Of a stretch of DNA of 64,000 nucleotides, positions 63,693-64,000 are shown one piece after another. The DNA is taken from the NCBI GenBank assembly GCA_963790545.1, contig CAWBPA010000024.1, positions 94,014 through 158,013 on the forward strand. Direction: 5' to 3'. The notes beneath the pieces were generated by a model. That model did no database searches and was not told where the DNA came from. It saw only the letters and a program-made list of their open reading frames with translations. Positions within the stretch are counted from its first letter, which is position 1. Each line of letters opens with the position of its first letter. Origin of the DNA: Vicinamibacterales bacterium (GTDB taxonomy: Bacteria > Acidobacteriota > Vicinamibacteria > Vicinamibacterales > JAMQPK01). The position numbers were made by a program, and so were the translations under genes.

Positions 63693-64000
63693 TGCGCCCG
63701 CGACCCTCAGCAAACAGCCTTCCCTCGTCAATTCTCAGCCAACGATCATCGACGCTCGCGGCAGTCATCCTCGCGGGGCTGTTGAGCGTGTCCTGCGGGG
63801 GAGAGGCACCGCCGGATCCCGACGTCATCACGATTGCCATGCCTTCGTCGCCTAGTAATCTCGATCCGCGCGTGGGTGTCGATGAGGCGTCGGCCCGAGT
63901 GCACCAGATGGTGTACGACTCGCTGTTCGAGAACGACGAGAACCTGCGTGTGGTCCCGGGGCTCGCGACCCACTGGGACATGCCGGATGAGCTCACCTAT
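63692..64000 (+). CDS. ABC transporter substrate-binding protein (family 5, peptide/nickel type), 5' partial at window end
   Basis: Signal peptide with lipobox (LLSVSC), then ...ITIAMPSSPSNLDPR...LATHWD typical of SBP_bac_5. Confidence 0.6.
   Translation, partial: MRPRPSANSLPSSILSQRSSTLAAVILAGLLSVSCGGEAPPDPDVITIAMPSSPSNLDPRVGVDEASARVHQMVYDSLFENDENLRVVPGLATHWDMPDELTY

Overview
High-GC (about 65%) chromosomal segment from a diderm bacterium. The gene content and pseudopilin style are compatible with Acidobacteriota, but that assignment is inference only. The window is dominated by core housekeeping genes:
- two GspG-like pseudopilins plus a third pseudopilin-like gene with an RG-rich tail;
- a peptidoglycan-recycling neighbourhood (GHL10-like hydrolase, GlcNAc-kinase-like ATPase, murQ);
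- xerD, metK, a PHP-domain protein, a putative SAH riboswitch and ahcY;
- a single ORF fusing lptF and lptG, and a GH57 glucan enzyme;
- parAB, miaB, recN and the tol-pal cluster (tolQ-tolR-tolA/tonB-like-tolB-pal-cpoB), then ssb;
- an nfeD-flotillin operon with a coupled unknown third gene;
- a long minus-strand operon with E. coli-like synteny (lptC/lptA-like fusion, lptB, rpoN, hpf, rapZ, Man-type EIIA, HPr, ptsI);
- recJ, accA, dnaE, guaA, a very large NtrY-like sensor kinase, pssA-psd, rimI-tsaB and mutS.
No rRNA, tRNA, CRISPR array or transposase was seen.
Three sequence-level signals stand out:
1. A family of intergenic hairpins and direct repeats built from tandem 7-8 nt units at seven or more loci. 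Two loci share the unit GACTTCA.
2. A roughly 100-nt multi-hairpin element present in two near-identical copies about 23 kb apart.
3. An unusually high density of single-base frameshifts in otherwise conserved genes (about 25 events). recN, the tolA/tonB-like gene and the sensor kinase are each broken several times, while a 15 kb stretch (34.4-50 kb, containing dnaE, ptsI, rpoN, lptB and recJ) has none. That pattern points to uneven assembly quality rather than uniform gene decay.
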